Shown here in pieces: positions 25,603 through 39,039 of a DNA stretch of 64,000 bases. Below the pieces are notes generated by a model. That model did no database searches. It was not told where the DNA came from and saw nothing but the letters and a program-made list of their open reading frames with translations. Each line of letters begins with the position of its first letter. Positions within the stretch are counted from its first letter, which is position 1. The position numbers and the translations under genes were made by a program. The DNA comes from Octopus bimaculoides (Eukaryota), in the NCBI RefSeq assembly GCF_001194135.2, contig NC_068998.1:36280878-36344877 (forward strand), read 5' to 3'.

Positions 25603-25916
25603 CACACACGCACATACACTGGCGGAAACACGTGCCCACGGCTGTCCCCTTGCCTTCAGGCACTCAGATTGTCTTCCTTTAGTCGTACTTCAAAGTTTGT
25701 GAGAATACTTCATTCTAGAAATGATCTCCCTTTCACAATCTCTGTTGGTCCCTATGGCCACCAAGCGATTGGTGTAACCTGAATGGACACGGAGAACTTT
25801 TCAATGAATCAACAAATTAACTTGTATGTCATTCAATATCTCCTTATATATCGTTAAAATACATTCTACTCGTCGCTCTGCGTTTTTCCTCTGAGCTCAA
25901 TTTCTTGTCACCGTCC

Positions 25917-25917
<1 letters not shown>

Positions 25918-25999
<82 letters not shown>

Positions 26000-26221
26000 C
26001 TCCCCCTACACAAACACACACATTCACTAGAAAATACTCTTGATCATCCGGGTACTTGCTTCTGATGCTTGAGAAACAGGCATGCGAACAATTGTGATTC
26101 TATTCTTACATCTATCAATGCAAACATAGTTAAAATCTATGAAACGTGTCAGTGCCCTGTTCTTTCGTTTGTACGTCTCTCTCTCTCTCTCTCTCACTCT
26201 GTCTGTCTGTCTCTCTTTATC

Positions 26222-26296
<75 letters not shown>

Positions 26297-26357
26297 CTGT
26301 CTGTCTGTCTATGTAGCTAGCTAACTGTCAATGTATCTCTCTCTTTCCCACTCCCTC

Positions 26358-26409
<52 letters not shown>

Positions 26410-26413
26410 TCCT

Positions 26414-26452
<39 letters not shown>

Positions 26453-26465
26453 GTCTGTCTGCCTG

Positions 26466-26512
<47 letters not shown>

Positions 26513-26760
26513 GCCTGCCTGTCTGTATGTTTGTCTGTCTGTCTGTCTGTCTGTCTTTCTGTCTGTCTGTCTTTATGTATTTATGTATGTAAGTAGGTGC
26601 GTATTTGCATGTGTATGCGTGTCTGTGTAAAGAACCAATAAAATAATCAGTCAATTGAACAACTAATCGACCTATCTATCTTCTTTAGATGCCTACTGAC
26701 TTCCATTCATCCATCCATCCACCCAACCATCCATCTTTCCATCCATCCATCCATCTTTCT
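25918..26760. repeat. Compound (CT)n/(TCTA)n/(CTTT)n/(CTGT)n/(CCAT)n microsatellite block
   Basis: Seen directly. Confidence 0.9.
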
Positions 26761-27266
26761 TTGACCCAGGATAATCAACTTATCTTCATCAGCCCTATAG
26801 TACCAACATCATCATCACTGTCATTATCACGAATATCATCAAAACTTTAAAAATCACAGACCATAACGCATCTGCATTGGTGTAGTAGACGAAAAACTTA
26901 AAATCTCTTTCCATGGAAGTCTGTGTGTTAAGAGATATATAGATTCCGTGAAGATATTGCACTTGAAATTAGTATTACTTACAAATTAACTTCAAAGATG
27001 TTAACATATGGTTGCAGCTTGATAATTAATTTTCACTGGAGATAATTGGCAAGTAGAACCAGTTTTCTTTGTCTATGGTAATAAATAAAGTAGATGTAGC
27101 TGTTGTCTGAAAAGCTCGATAGCTTCTACAACACTGATGTATGTATACATACATACATGCATACATACACACACACACACACACACGCATACATACATAC
27201 ATACATATACTAAAGTATAAAGATATATGTATACATATACATACATATATATACATACATGCATAC

Positions 27267-27299
<33 letters not shown>

Positions 27300-27705
27300 A
27301 TACAATATAGGATAAAATCTTNNNNNNNNNNNNNNNNNNNNNNNNNNNNNNNNNNNNNNNNNNNNNNNNNNNNNNNNNNNNNNNNNNNNNNNNNNNNNNN
27401 NNNNNNNNNNNNNNNNNNNNNNNNNNNNNNNNNNNNNNNNNNNNNNNNNNNNNNNNNNNNNNNNNNNNNNNNNNNNNNNNNNNNNNNNNNNNNNNNNNNN
27501 NNNNNNNNNNNNNNNNNNNNNNNNNNNNNNNNNNNNNNNNNNNNNNNNNNNNNNNNNNNNNNNNNNNNNNNNNNNNNNNNNNNNNNNNNNNNNNNNNNNN
27601 NNNNNNNNNNNNNNNNNNNNNNNNNNNNNNNNNNNNNNNNNNNNNNNNNNNNNNNNNNNNNNNNNNNNNNNNNNNNNNNNNNNNNNNNNNNNNNNNNNNN
27701 NNNNN

Positions 27706-27746
<41 letters not shown>

Positions 27747-28904
27747 ATATATATGTATATGTTAATATAAGTGTATATTTAAGTCTCTCTCAATATATGT
27801 TCGTGCGCGCGCACGTGTGTGTACAGACAGAAAGTGAAAAGTGGGATAGATATAGGAGAGCTAAAATCATACGAACTACAGATCACTCTATTGAGATTTA
27901 TGATATTTTCTTCCTATAATTGAAAATCCTGAAACTACGCAGTTTATTCAACCGCGTTTTGAAAAAATACTTTGTAAAGCATCACTTTTGTGTTGTAGAA
28001 CTGAGGTATTTCTCTTTAGAAGTAAATGAATTTCAAGCGAAAAATAAAATGAAAAAGTTTGAAAAACGAGAACAAAACGAAAATGAGTAAAGTCTTACGT
28101 AAGATCAATACTTTACCAATAGAAGGAGGGAATAAAGGAAAGAAACGAAGGAAAGGAAGAATAGAGAAAGGATTGCAAGGAGAAATGAAAATGAGACAAG
28201 AATTGCGAGTGAATATGTATGTATGCCTGTGATTATGTGTAATTAGTCAGGTGAAGGTGGAGTAGCGAGTTAAGTAATAGGCGCTTCTCAGAATGTCTGC
28301 ATTTTCTTAAAATTTCCGTTCTAGGGTTCAAATCGCAATCATCTTTATACAAATATTTTGAGAATTCTTTTTTAACACTGAGGGGCAAAGATAACATTTT
28401 GTTTTCATTCTGGGAATTTCATCATACGTTTATTTCCAATTTAATGTTGCAGTCAGAAGTTTCCTTCTAATTACCGATGCAGTCGTCTAGTTTTTTCGCA
28501 TTTCTCTTCAATATGCTGAAGAAGTCTTTTCTTGCATTTCCCTTCAGTAATACTTATGTATCACTTATGACTTGGGATCGTTTTAGCGAAGCATACACTA
28601 ATTCATAAATTATGGCTTCTGTATTGCAAGACTAACTTATAGGTAAGTATTACGGTTCCTGCATGAACATGTGGCCTCAGTTTTATTGGGGAAACTAGTT
28701 TCTTATTCGTGATACAGCTATAGCTTAATTTAAGATTGTGACTTTAAAGAAATATTTTTATATTTATATTCGTTAGTGTTGTATTATTCTGTTCAATTCA
28801 GAAAGGTTTTGCGATAAAAGATTTAACATTAAGAGAAAAGAGCTATGTGAACGATATGATTTTACGACGCATTTTCTTAGTTGAGTCAATAATATCCTTT
28901 CTAC

Positions 28905-29050
28905 GATTGACCAAAGCCTAAATTTTTGAGGGATCTCCAGTGTTCAACTGGTACTTATTTTATCGATTCCCAAAATATGAAAAGCAAAGTCAATTTCGGC
29001 GGCCGAAATACCGTTAAGTATTTTCTATAGCGTGCTAATGATCGCCAGCT
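28905..29050 (-). mobile_element. SINE family A, degraded
   Basis: CAACTGGTACTTATTTTATCGA..AAGCAAAGTCAATTTCGGCGG. Confidence 0.7.
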
Positions 29051-30063
29051 CACTGCATTAGTTCAATTGATAATATCAATAATACACATATCTCTAGTTT
29101 TATTAAATTTAATATTGTTGAATTTTATTCCTCAGTATCTTACTAGAATACATATTAGCTCGAAAGATTTCAGCATAATAGCATTAAGGGAAGTTTGAGT
29201 GGACATATCAACAATAGCAAAAGAGGTGAAAAGTTCCTGTAAGATTGTTGTAATTTATCTCTTGACAGATCTCTGATCAAATTCTCCGGTCGTGATAATC
29301 CAGTCGTTTTTCAGGCATTAATTATATCTAGAACTACAATAATGTATGAGCCCTTCCTTTTTTTAGTACACTAAGATGTAAGTGTTCGGAAGATTTGATT
29401 GCTATTTCGATTTTATGACTAACATTTTATTACAACGGGCAGAAAAACTTATGTGCTCGTAATACTCGCTTACTTCATTTACAAGAAATAGCGGAAAAGT
29501 CTTCAAATAGCATACCCTTCCATCTTAAGAAAAGAATTCACTTTAGATATATTATGCCTGAAAAAAAAAAAAAAAGAGATTGGTTATTCCGAGCTAGAAC
29601 TTCACTGATTGTAAATCTGGTCTATTATGGTTTGCTTTGAGGCCAAACAAAAACAATGCCATCGAATGTGTCGAATATGTTGTACACCAGAGTGCACCAG
29701 ACTGCAGGGTAGAGGTGGTGGAAGGATGCTCATTTAAAAATCCTACTATATTTAAGTACCTTAACATTCTAAGGTCCAAACCTGTCTTACAATCCTCAAG
29801 GATCGATGAAATAGAGTACCAGTAATATACTGATTTTCATATAATTGACTATATCATTTCTTTTATAAACTTGTGGTTATTAGTATCACAAAAATAAAAA
29901 TCAATAAAAGGCTTATCTTATTCAGCTATTTTCAACACAATTCATATAACATGCCGCAAAAATTAAGACAAGGTAATTATCTTACCAAGTGAACATCAAT
30001 ATTCTGTAGTAAATTTGTCGGAACAGATAGGATATATCATCAGCTCTGACAGCAAAATATCCG

Positions 30064-30142
<79 letters not shown>

Positions 30143-30435
30143 TGAAAGGGAGAGAGTGAGAGCAAGAGGGAGAGAGAGAGAGATCGAATAAGAGAGAGTC
30201 ATCCCTTTCTCTCCCACAAGCTCTCTTAGAATATTCCATTTACTTCCCCTATAATCGTTGTCAACTTAACTTAGTGACCAGGTGCAACACAGCATAAGGT
30301 TTCGAGCCAGTATTTAGCAATGATTTGACTATATGGGGAGCAAGGACGACATAAAATACAATTTTTAGGATAGTTCACAAACCAATTTGACTATAATAAT
30401 TGTTTCTTCATATAACTGTATCTTCCTGTCTGTCT

Positions 30436-30436
<1 letters not shown>

Positions 30437-30506
<70 letters not shown>

Positions 30507-30592
30507 TACACACACACACACACACGCATACACACACACACACACGCATACATACACACACACACACACACACACGCACGCACACACATATA
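30437..30592. repeat. (CA)n microsatellite, left flank of the fold-back element
   Basis: Seen directly; mirrored by (TG)n at 31141-31221. Confidence 0.95.
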
Positions 30593-30598
30593 TATAAA

Positions 30599-31051
30599 TT
30601 AATAATTAAGGGTACTTGCAAATAGTACCGGCATGCTAAATATAGCAGCGAAAATTACCAAAGCGCAAGTTTTCACTCAAATGCAAAGGTGAAAGCGGGG
30701 AAATGAATAAAGATCCTAAAACCCTGTTACCCGTATCACCGTGATTTCAAACTTTGAGAAATACTCTTAGTTCATCTTCAGCGAGTCTTACTGAATAAGC
30801 TCTATAACCCTGGGGTCAATAAGACTCATTGAAGATGAACTAAGAGTCTTTCTCAAAGTTTAAAATCACGGTGATACGGGTATGTCTGACTTTTTCAATT
30901 TTCGATTATTTTCCTCATTGGTACGGGGTCTTAGGATCCTTATTCATTTGCCCGCTTTCCTCATTGTGTTTAAGTGAAAACTTGTGGTTTGGTCATTTTC
31001 ACCGCTATATTTAGCATGCCGGTACTGCCTGTAAGTACCCTTAATTATTAA
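30599..31051. mobile_element. Fold-back element: head-to-head pair of PLE-like 3' ends
   Basis: 30599-30727 pairs with about 30925-31051, and 30729-30794 with 30817-30882; loop of about 22 nt; right arm has an extra ~40 nt; ends TTAA|GGGTAC..GTACCC|TTAA. Confidence 0.85.
30729..30786 (-). ncRNA. Minimal type-I hammerhead ribozyme
   Basis: Minus strand: ACTCG CTGAAGA T GAACT..GAG..CTC..AGTTT GAAA TCAC G GTGA T A CGGGT. Intact core, stem I 5 bp (1 G-U), near-palindromic stem III, AUA site. Confidence 0.75.
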
Positions 31052-31139
31052 CTGATGATATTTTACCGTTATGGGTTTTTTACGCATGCTAAGCCACTGA
31101 CATTATAAACAATATTACCCTCATATATATTTATATATA

Positions 31140-31222
<83 letters not shown>

Positions 31223-31659
31223 ATTTGTGTATGTATGTGTGTATATATGTATAAGTTCAATTAAGTCTCGATTCAAGATTTTAGAAATTAATTAGTATAA
31301 CTAAAAACATTTTAAAGTTGAATCTCATCGGTGGTGGAAAAAGATATACCCTTACATTTTCATATTATTGCGTTGAGTGTAGGGAACAAATTCACTAACT
31401 GATAAATGATTTGTAGAAAGAACATGGTACAAACCTTACAAAGGGGAGGGGGGCGTATATTTATTTATTTATTTTTTATTTATTTATGTGTTTCAGCCAA
31501 GTGGCTGCGGTCATGCTGTTATTGAAATGAAAACAAAAATAAATAAGATATGGCAATAAAACATATATATCTCTAAAGTATAATTAAGTATCAAATAAAA
31601 GTAATTGTGAATGTGGTTATAAAAATATAGGTAGTAATATATTATGGGTAGCTATTGAT

Positions 31660-31862
31660 ATGTATGTATGACCGCGTGTGCATCGTTGGCGATTTTCTTT
31701 CTCCGTCTTCACTTCTTTGGATTTTTTCTATATTTTTGATGAAGAGCACCGCTCGAAACGTGAACTCCTCTTTCTTTTCTTTCCTTTCCTGAGCGTCCAA
31801 TAACACTGTACTTATTCCACGTCCTCGTGTTGTTGTTTTTTTTCTTGCTTGTTCATCTTTGG
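31660..31862 (+). mobile_element. PLE-like 3' end with inactivated hammerhead
   Basis: TTGATGA A GAGC ACC GCTC GAAAC GT G at 31736-31762 (C3U, H17=G), then a T-rich tail. Confidence 0.55.
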
Positions 31863-31994
31863 AGAGAATATGTACGTGTGCATATACATTTGTGAATTTG
31901 TTTTGAAAGATTCTTGACGCAAACTCGTGTATTGAAACAGTTATTGCTATATTTAGGGACGGTCATTTCGCCAATAAACATACGTAATATTCTT

Positions 31995-32085
31995 CTTCTT
32001 CTTGATACCAGTAGAGCACTGGGATCGATGTCACCGACTTGTTCCTCACCCCAAATTGCTGGCCTTGTGCCAAAATTTGAGACTA
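31995..32085 (+). mobile_element. SINE family A, 3' fragment
   Basis: TACCAGTAGAGCACTGGGATCGATGTCACCGACT..GGCCTTGTGCCAAAATTTGA. Confidence 0.8.
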
Positions 32086-32430
32086 TCATCAATATTATTA
32101 TTATTGTTGTTGCTGTTGTTGTTGCTGCTTCTGCTGTTATTGTTTATTTGTCAGAGTTCTTTCGTCACACATTATGTGACCTCTTCAATGACTACCTGTT
32201 CTTCTCGTGTTCCCTCTTTCCTCTGGCATTGTCCTATGTACTCCATCTTGTCATTTTGTGGTATGTATCGCTATCTCTAAGGTAAACTTACGTGGACCTT
32301 TTTAATAAACTTGCGGTTTTGGCCTCGTTGTGGCCACGGTCTCAACATTTCCCAGCAATGCTAAAAATGTGTTTACTAAAACAAATACATGTAAGTTTAT
32401 CCCATATTTTTCTTATTTTCTTTCTTTTTC

Positions 32431-32477
<47 letters not shown>

Positions 32478-32567
32478 TTTTCTCTCACTATGTGTGAGCG
32501 TGTGTGCGTGTTGATGTGTGTGCGCGTGAAGTGAGAGAAACAGAGAGTGAAAGAGAAAAACTATGTA

Positions 32568-32623
<56 letters not shown>

Positions 32624-32768
32624 AATCTATCCATCTATCTGTAGGTCTGTCTGTCTGTTTGTCTATATAATCCCCTCGTATTATAAACACATGCACACAA
32701 ATATATTTTTCTTCATAAAGGTTTACTTTAGAAATGTACGCACGCAAACACACGCATATCATATGTAA

Positions 32769-32810
<42 letters not shown>

Positions 32811-33330
32811 NNNNNNNNNNNNNNNNNNNNNNNNNNNNNNNNNNNNNNNNNNNNNNNNNNNNNNNNNNNNNNNNNNNNNNNNNNNNNNNNNNNNNNNNNN
32901 NNNNNNNNNNNNNNNNNNNNNNNNNNNNNNNNNNNNNNNNNNNNNNNNNNNNNNNNNNNNNNNNNNNNNNNNNNNNNNNNNNNNNNNNNNNNNNNNNNNN
33001 NNNNNNNNNNNNNNNNNNNNNNNNNNNNNNNNNNNNNNNNNNNNNNNNNNNNNNNNNNNNNNNNNNNNNNNNNNNNNNNNNNNNNNNNNNNNNNNNNNNN
33101 NNNNNNNNNNNNNNNNNNNNNNNNNNNNNNNNNNNNNNNNNNNNNNNNNNNNNNNNNNNNNNNNNNNNNNNNNNNNNNNNNNNNNNNNNNNNNNNNNNNN
33201 NNNNNNNNNNNNNNNNNNNNNNNNNNNNNNNNNNNNNNNNNNNNNNNNNNNNNNNNNNNNNNNNNNNNNNNNNNNNNNNNNNNNNNNNNNNNNNNNNNNN
33301 NAGAGAGAGAAAGTGTGAAAGAGAGAGAGA

Positions 33331-33373
<43 letters not shown>

Positions 33374-33864
33374 ACTAAGATGATGGAGACGAGGAATAAA
33401 AATCTAAGTTGGGGGAGGAGGCATCAAACGAAAAGGGATGGGAGAATTTTTTTTTTTTTGAAAATAATTATTCTGTGAATAATTACCCTGATGAAGAGAA
33501 GTGCTCGTAGACCTTTCAGCCTCGCCACTACCACAGACCCGGAGATTGGTGCGGTCGATGTAGTTGTTGCTTCAATTAGAAATTCTACATGCTGTTGTCG
33601 GTAAAGAAAAAATTGTTGCGTATAACATGTTTCACGGTTGAGAAGAAGGAAGAGGGGATATCATTAGAGAGGATGTGGACGGATTTGGTGCAGTGTTTTT
33701 AGAGCAAGAGTATGTAGGTGAGGAGATTTGGTAAGTACGAAGAAAGGGGGGGAAAAAGAGGGCGGAATAGGGTGGAATGACATTTTGGATAATGTACTTC
33801 TGAGTGCATTAGATATGTGTGATTAAAGTTAATTTAGAGCTACATGACAATAACAACAACAATT

Positions 33865-33944
33865 ACAATAAGAGGAAGGGGTAAGTCGATATCATCGACT
33901 TCAGTGCCCAAATGGTACCTATTTTATCATCCCCGAAAGGATGA

Positions 33945-33945
<1 letters not shown>
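33865..33945 (-). mobile_element. SINE family A fragment followed by (AAT)n
   Basis: GGTACCTATTTTATCATCCCCGAAAGGATGAA; (AAT)n at 33946-34037. Confidence 0.75.
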
Positions 33946-34014
<69 letters not shown>

Positions 34015-34038
34015 GTAATAATAATAATAATAATAATA

Positions 34039-34401
34039 GATGCAGTACCATGCCCGGATGCAGTACCAGGCAGTGGCTCTCATGGCTTCTGATCTTAATT
34101 GATTGGAAGTGTTATCATGTACTTTGTTTTGTATTGGTATAAAAAGATGGGCTCCTGCAAATATTCTGCTTAATACCACAGATTTGCTTGTCAGTTGTTT
34201 GACCTTAACCAGTCGAGCATGTTCCTTGGTGGCTGACGATATGTGCATCTCTGATCACGAGCAGAAGTAGTAGGGGAGCATCATAGCCATGTGTTGAGAG
34301 GAATTCTTTGGGGTTTGAATAATTCACCTTTGGAAACATGGGTGTTTTGTTCAACATCCTTAAAAAACCTTATTCAGGGACCTTTTGAGCGGGATGGGCT
34401 A
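34039..34401. repeat. Unclassified non-coding interspersed element, truncated by gap 34402-34716
   Basis: Complex, more GC-balanced sequence starting right after (AAT)n with a 12-nt direct repeat GATGCAGTACCA x2. Confidence 0.4.
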
Positions 34402-34716
34402 NNNNNNNNNNNNNNNNNNNNNNNNNNNNNNNNNNNNNNNNNNNNNNNNNNNNNNNNNNNNNNNNNNNNNNNNNNNNNNNNNNNNNNNNNNNNNNNNNNN
34501 NNNNNNNNNNNNNNNNNNNNNNNNNNNNNNNNNNNNNNNNNNNNNNNNNNNNNNNNNNNNNNNNNNNNNNNNNNNNNNNNNNNNNNNNNNNNNNNNNNNN
34601 NNNNNNNNNNNNNNNNNNNNNNNNNNNNNNNNNNNNNNNNNNNNNNNNNNNNNNNNNNNNNNNNNNNNNNNNNNNNNNNNNNNNNNNNNNNNNNNNNNNN
34701 NNNNNNNNNNNNNNNN

Positions 34717-35250
34717 CTCAGGGTGTAGAGTCTTAGCACCTGTAGAATATAAAGCAAGACATGACAGAGTCGGCCAGTATTTACACTGGACAATATGTCG
34801 GCATTACAAAATCAAAACCGTTGACAAATGGTATAAACACCATCCTGAAGCTGTGACTGAGAGAGAAAATGTATCGATTCTCTGGGACTTCCCCGTACAT
34901 ACCGACAAAACTATAAAAGCTAATAAACCGGATATCGTTATAAAAGATCAGACAAAAAAGATGTGTTTATTAATTGACATGAGTATTCCCTCTGATCATA
35001 ATATAGCGGTGAAAGAACTTGACAAGAACAGTAAATATAAAGACTTGCTAATAGAAATTGAAAAAAAGGTGGCATCTCAAGGCGACTACCATACCAGTGA
35101 TTGCAGGATCCTTAGGAATGATAAAAGAAGGTACGGAAACCTATTTGAAAATGATACCAGGCCTACCATCCCTACAGGAAGTGCAAAAAATCGTGTTGAT
35201 AGGAACGAAACATGTACTGAGAAGAGTATTATCGCTGTGAATTTAATAAT
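34717..35250 (+). mobile_element. R4/Dong-like LINE, 3' RLE region (copy 1)
   Basis: YKARHDRVGQYLHWTICRHY..WYKHHPE..ILWDFPVHTDKTIKANKPDIVIKD..LIDMSIP; frameshifted KKRWHLKATTIPVIAGSLG..QKIVLIGTKHVLRRVLSL; AAT tail. Confidence 0.9.
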
Positions 35251-35560
35251 AATAATAATACAAAGACCTGGAAATAGAGGTAACTCGAATGTGGAATCTA
35301 AAAACAGAAACAATTCCTATCATAGTAGGTGCCTTAGGTATATTAAAAAAAATATTCAGGCAAATACATAACAAAAACACCAGGACTTACAAACATATAT
35401 AACATACAGAAAATTGCACTACTGGGCACTGCACACATCCTACGCAAAACACTTTCAATACAGTAACCATAAGAGCATCACAGCAAACCACAGCACATAC
35501 CCAAGGCGCACAGAGCTGCGCTCGGTGGTGAAGTGAAAGCACGTTATAAAAATAAAACTA

Positions 35561-35640
<80 letters not shown>

Positions 35641-35671
35641 TAATAATAATAATGACAATAATAATAATAAT
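35251..35671 (+). mobile_element. R4/Dong-like LINE, short 3' end (copy 2) with long (AAT)n tail
   Basis: KDLEIEVTRMWNLKTETIPIIVGALG..QKIALLGTAHILRKTLSIQ*, 3' UTR, (AAT)n from about 35565. Confidence 0.9.
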
Positions 35672-37558
35672 AAAGGGTACCAAAAGTGGGGCCGGGGAAC
35701 GAAGGATCAGCTGTTAATTGATAATCTAATTATCAGAAACTGTAAGAGAAGACACACAAACCTGAGCACGGCATGGATTGACTGTCGTAAAGCATACGAT
35801 ACGACACCACACTCCTGGATAACAAGAACAATGGAAATGTATGGAGTAGCAGGAAACATGAGAAACTTTGTATGGAACAGTATGAAATGTTGGAGAACTG
35901 AATTGACAGCAGGGAATGAGGTATTAGGAGAGGGGAAAAATCAAGACAGGAATCTTCTAGGGGGACGGTATGTCCCCGCTGATCTTTGTGCTGGGAATAA
36001 TGCCCTTGAGTGAAATACTACAGAAGATAAAGTTGGGTTATGATCTTGGAAGAGGTAAGGGAAAACTGAACCACTTACTATTCAAGGACGACTTGAAGTT
36101 GTTCACAAAAAGTGAGACAAAACTGGACATCCTAGTCCAGTCTGTACAGATTTTGTCGAATGATATTAAGATGAAGTTTGAACTCTCAAAATGTGCTACG
36201 ATGGTGATGAGACAAGGAAAGCTTGATAGGACAGATAGTATATGTATGCCAAGTCGTGAAATGATAAATACTTGGGAATACTTGAGGCAGATGAAATTAA
36301 ATACATCGATATGAAAGAAAAGACAAAGAAAGAGTACCTGCGGCGAGCGAGAAAAATATTGGCTTCAAAGCTGAATGCCAGAAACATAATTTCGGCAATA
36401 AACTCGCGCGCAGTCGCAGTGGTTCGGTATGGTGCTGGAATCGTGAATTGGACAAAGCTAAAGGAATTGGAGAGGAAGACAAGAAAGGTCCTAACGATGC
36501 AAGGAGCCCGTAATCAAGTTGCAGACACTAATCGCCTATACATGAAGAGAGCAAATGGAGGAAGGGAACTGATAAGTGTGGAAGACCGCGTACGTATCGA
36601 ACTCGAGAGTTTAATGAGATACCTATTCCAAAGTAAGGAAATCTCTCTAGTGTCTGTCAGGAAAGAGAGAATATTGAAAGCAGAGAGAAAAAAAAGAAAA
36701 ACAAAGGAAAAAGTACAAAAAGGTCAAGAAGAAGCTTTACGCAACAAGGAACTACACAATCAATTCCATGCAGCCACGACAGAAGTTGCTGGAAAACATA
36801 GTCGGGATTCGCTGAAGAAAGGACCACTGAAAAAAAGAGACTGAGAGCACGACACTGGCAGCGCAAGACCAAGCTTTGGCCACGAATTGGAGGGTCAATC
36901 TTAGGAATGTGCAAGTGCCTTTGCTGTGCAGCATCTGTAAGTGCATGGAGCGATCGAATGCCCTAGACTTGCCCAAAACCACTACAAGTTGTGGTAGTAC
37001 GATCAGGTAGCGAAACTGTGCGAAAAGTGGGGGCTAGGGAGAGGCTAGACGTGATATGAGCACAAACCGCAGAGACTGGCGGAGTCGGAGACTTACAAGA
37101 TCCTCTGGGATTTCCCAATCCAAACAGATCAGGTGCTAGAGCATAACAGACGGGACACAGTGGTGGTTTATAAGGTGCACCACATATGCTATATAGTTGA
37201 TGTTTCGCGTTCCTTTGACTACGAATAGTCAAGAATAAAGGAGAAAAATAGATAAATACAACACTCTTAAGTACGAAATAGCCCCGGCTAGGGAAAATGA
37301 AGAAGGTGCAGATGGTGTCAATTATTGTTGGGTCCTTGGGGACAGTATCAGAAGGTATCAAGAGGAATATAAAGGAAATCGTAATAGTGTGTCCAGCAGA
37401 ACTGTTACAAAAGGTTTGCCTCCTTGGAACGGGCAGAATAATCAGGAAAGTATTAGATAGTCGAAAAGAACAGACAGCATGGCACTGTAGGCTGCAGGCC
37501 ATAAGGCCGTTACGTATGCATGACTTCAAGAGTTCCAACAAAACCTGAGATAAAAGGA

Positions 37559-37645
<87 letters not shown>
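35672..37645 (+). mobile_element. R4/Dong-like LINE, 5'-truncated, RT to RLE (copy 3), pseudogenised
   Basis: [49 protein letters not shown].., LWDFPIQTD, VSIIVGSLG, LLGTGRIIRKVL; (AAT)n tail 37559-37645. Confidence 0.92.
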
Positions 37646-37647
<2 letters not shown>

Positions 37648-38533
37648 TGATGCACAGTATGGTTATAAAATATTTGATAAAAATATAAATCATCTCATTT
37701 ACATGGATGATTTAAAGCTCTTTGCAAAAAATGACCAACAACTCAAAGGCCTACTAGCNNNNNNNNNNNNNNNNNNNNNNNNNNNNNNNNNNNNNNNNNN
37801 NNNNNNNNNNNNNNNNNNNNNNNNNNNNNNNNNNNNNNNNNNNNNNNNNNNNNNNNNNNNNNNNNNNNNNNNNNNNNNNNNNNNNNNNNNNNNNNNNNNN
37901 NNNNNNNNNNNNNNNNNNNNNNNNNNNNNNNNNNNNNNNNNNNNNNNNNNNNNNNNNNNNNNNNNNNNNNNNNNNNNNNNNNNNNNNNNNNNNNNNNNNN
38001 NNNNNNNNNNNNNNNNNNNNNNNNNNNNNNNNNNNNNNNNNNNNNNNNNNNNNNNNNNNNNNNNNNNNNNNNNNNNNNNNNNNNNNNNNNNNNNNNNNNN
38101 NNNNNNNNNNNNNNNNNNNNNNNNNNNNNNNNNNNNNNNNNNNNNNNNNNNNNNNNNNNNNNNNNNNNNNNNNNNACGAAAACTGTTGACAATGCATAGA
38201 ATGCACCACCCTAAGGCAGATATAGAACGTCTTTATCTGCCAAGAAAAGAGGGAGGCCGAGGACTTCTACAGCTGGCATTATCAATGAAGGTAGCCACAA
38301 TTGGCCTAGACACACACCTATCTGAAAAACTCTGAGGACTGGATGCTAAAACTTGTCTTAAAATATGAAAGCAAGAAAGCATCTTACTCAGTAACAAAAC
38401 AGGCAAAGGACTATCTAAGTGAATTCCAATTGCAACAAATTCAAGAATTAGACGAACTAGATACACCTGCAGAAAAAGCTAAGCGCTTGAAAACCCGTGC
38501 AAAAATTGCTGCCTTAGATATTATGACTGATTA
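37646..38533 (+). mobile_element. R4/Dong-like LINE RT fragment (copy 4), spanning gap 37759-38175
   Basis: YGYKIFDKNINHLIYMDDLKLFAKND; RKLLTMHRMHHPKADIERLYLPRKEGGRGLLQL. Confidence 0.92.
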
Positions 38534-39039
38534 AATTTGTGATCATCGGCAAACAGGATTTAAGAAACAGCAAAAATATGAAAGAAAATTGTTTCTTAAT
38601 GTAAATCATATCAGGACGGCGAAATATTTCTCTCATATATGAAACATAGCTGCTGTCAGGCACGATGTCACGAAAGGACAACTATGTGAAAATGTAAACA
38701 AAACGCGGAAATGCAATTTACCCACACAAGAATTGAAGCAATACGCGAGAATGCAATTTCGTACATAAACAAGACAACGAACAACACAGTGTTGAAACAA
38801 ATTAAACGCGACAAATAATAATAACAATGAATACAAAATGCAACACGTCTCATTTTGAATAGAAAGAAAAAAACAGATATGCTCAGCAATAAAACTTCGA
38901 AAACAAATAAAGGCGAATTTTTATCTATGAGCTTGAGGCGCTCAAGACACGAGAACAAAAATAGCATACAACCAAAGACGGTACTTTGCCAAGAAGTTAA
39001 CTCTGAACAGGCAGACCCCTCTCCTAATGTCACTGCTCA

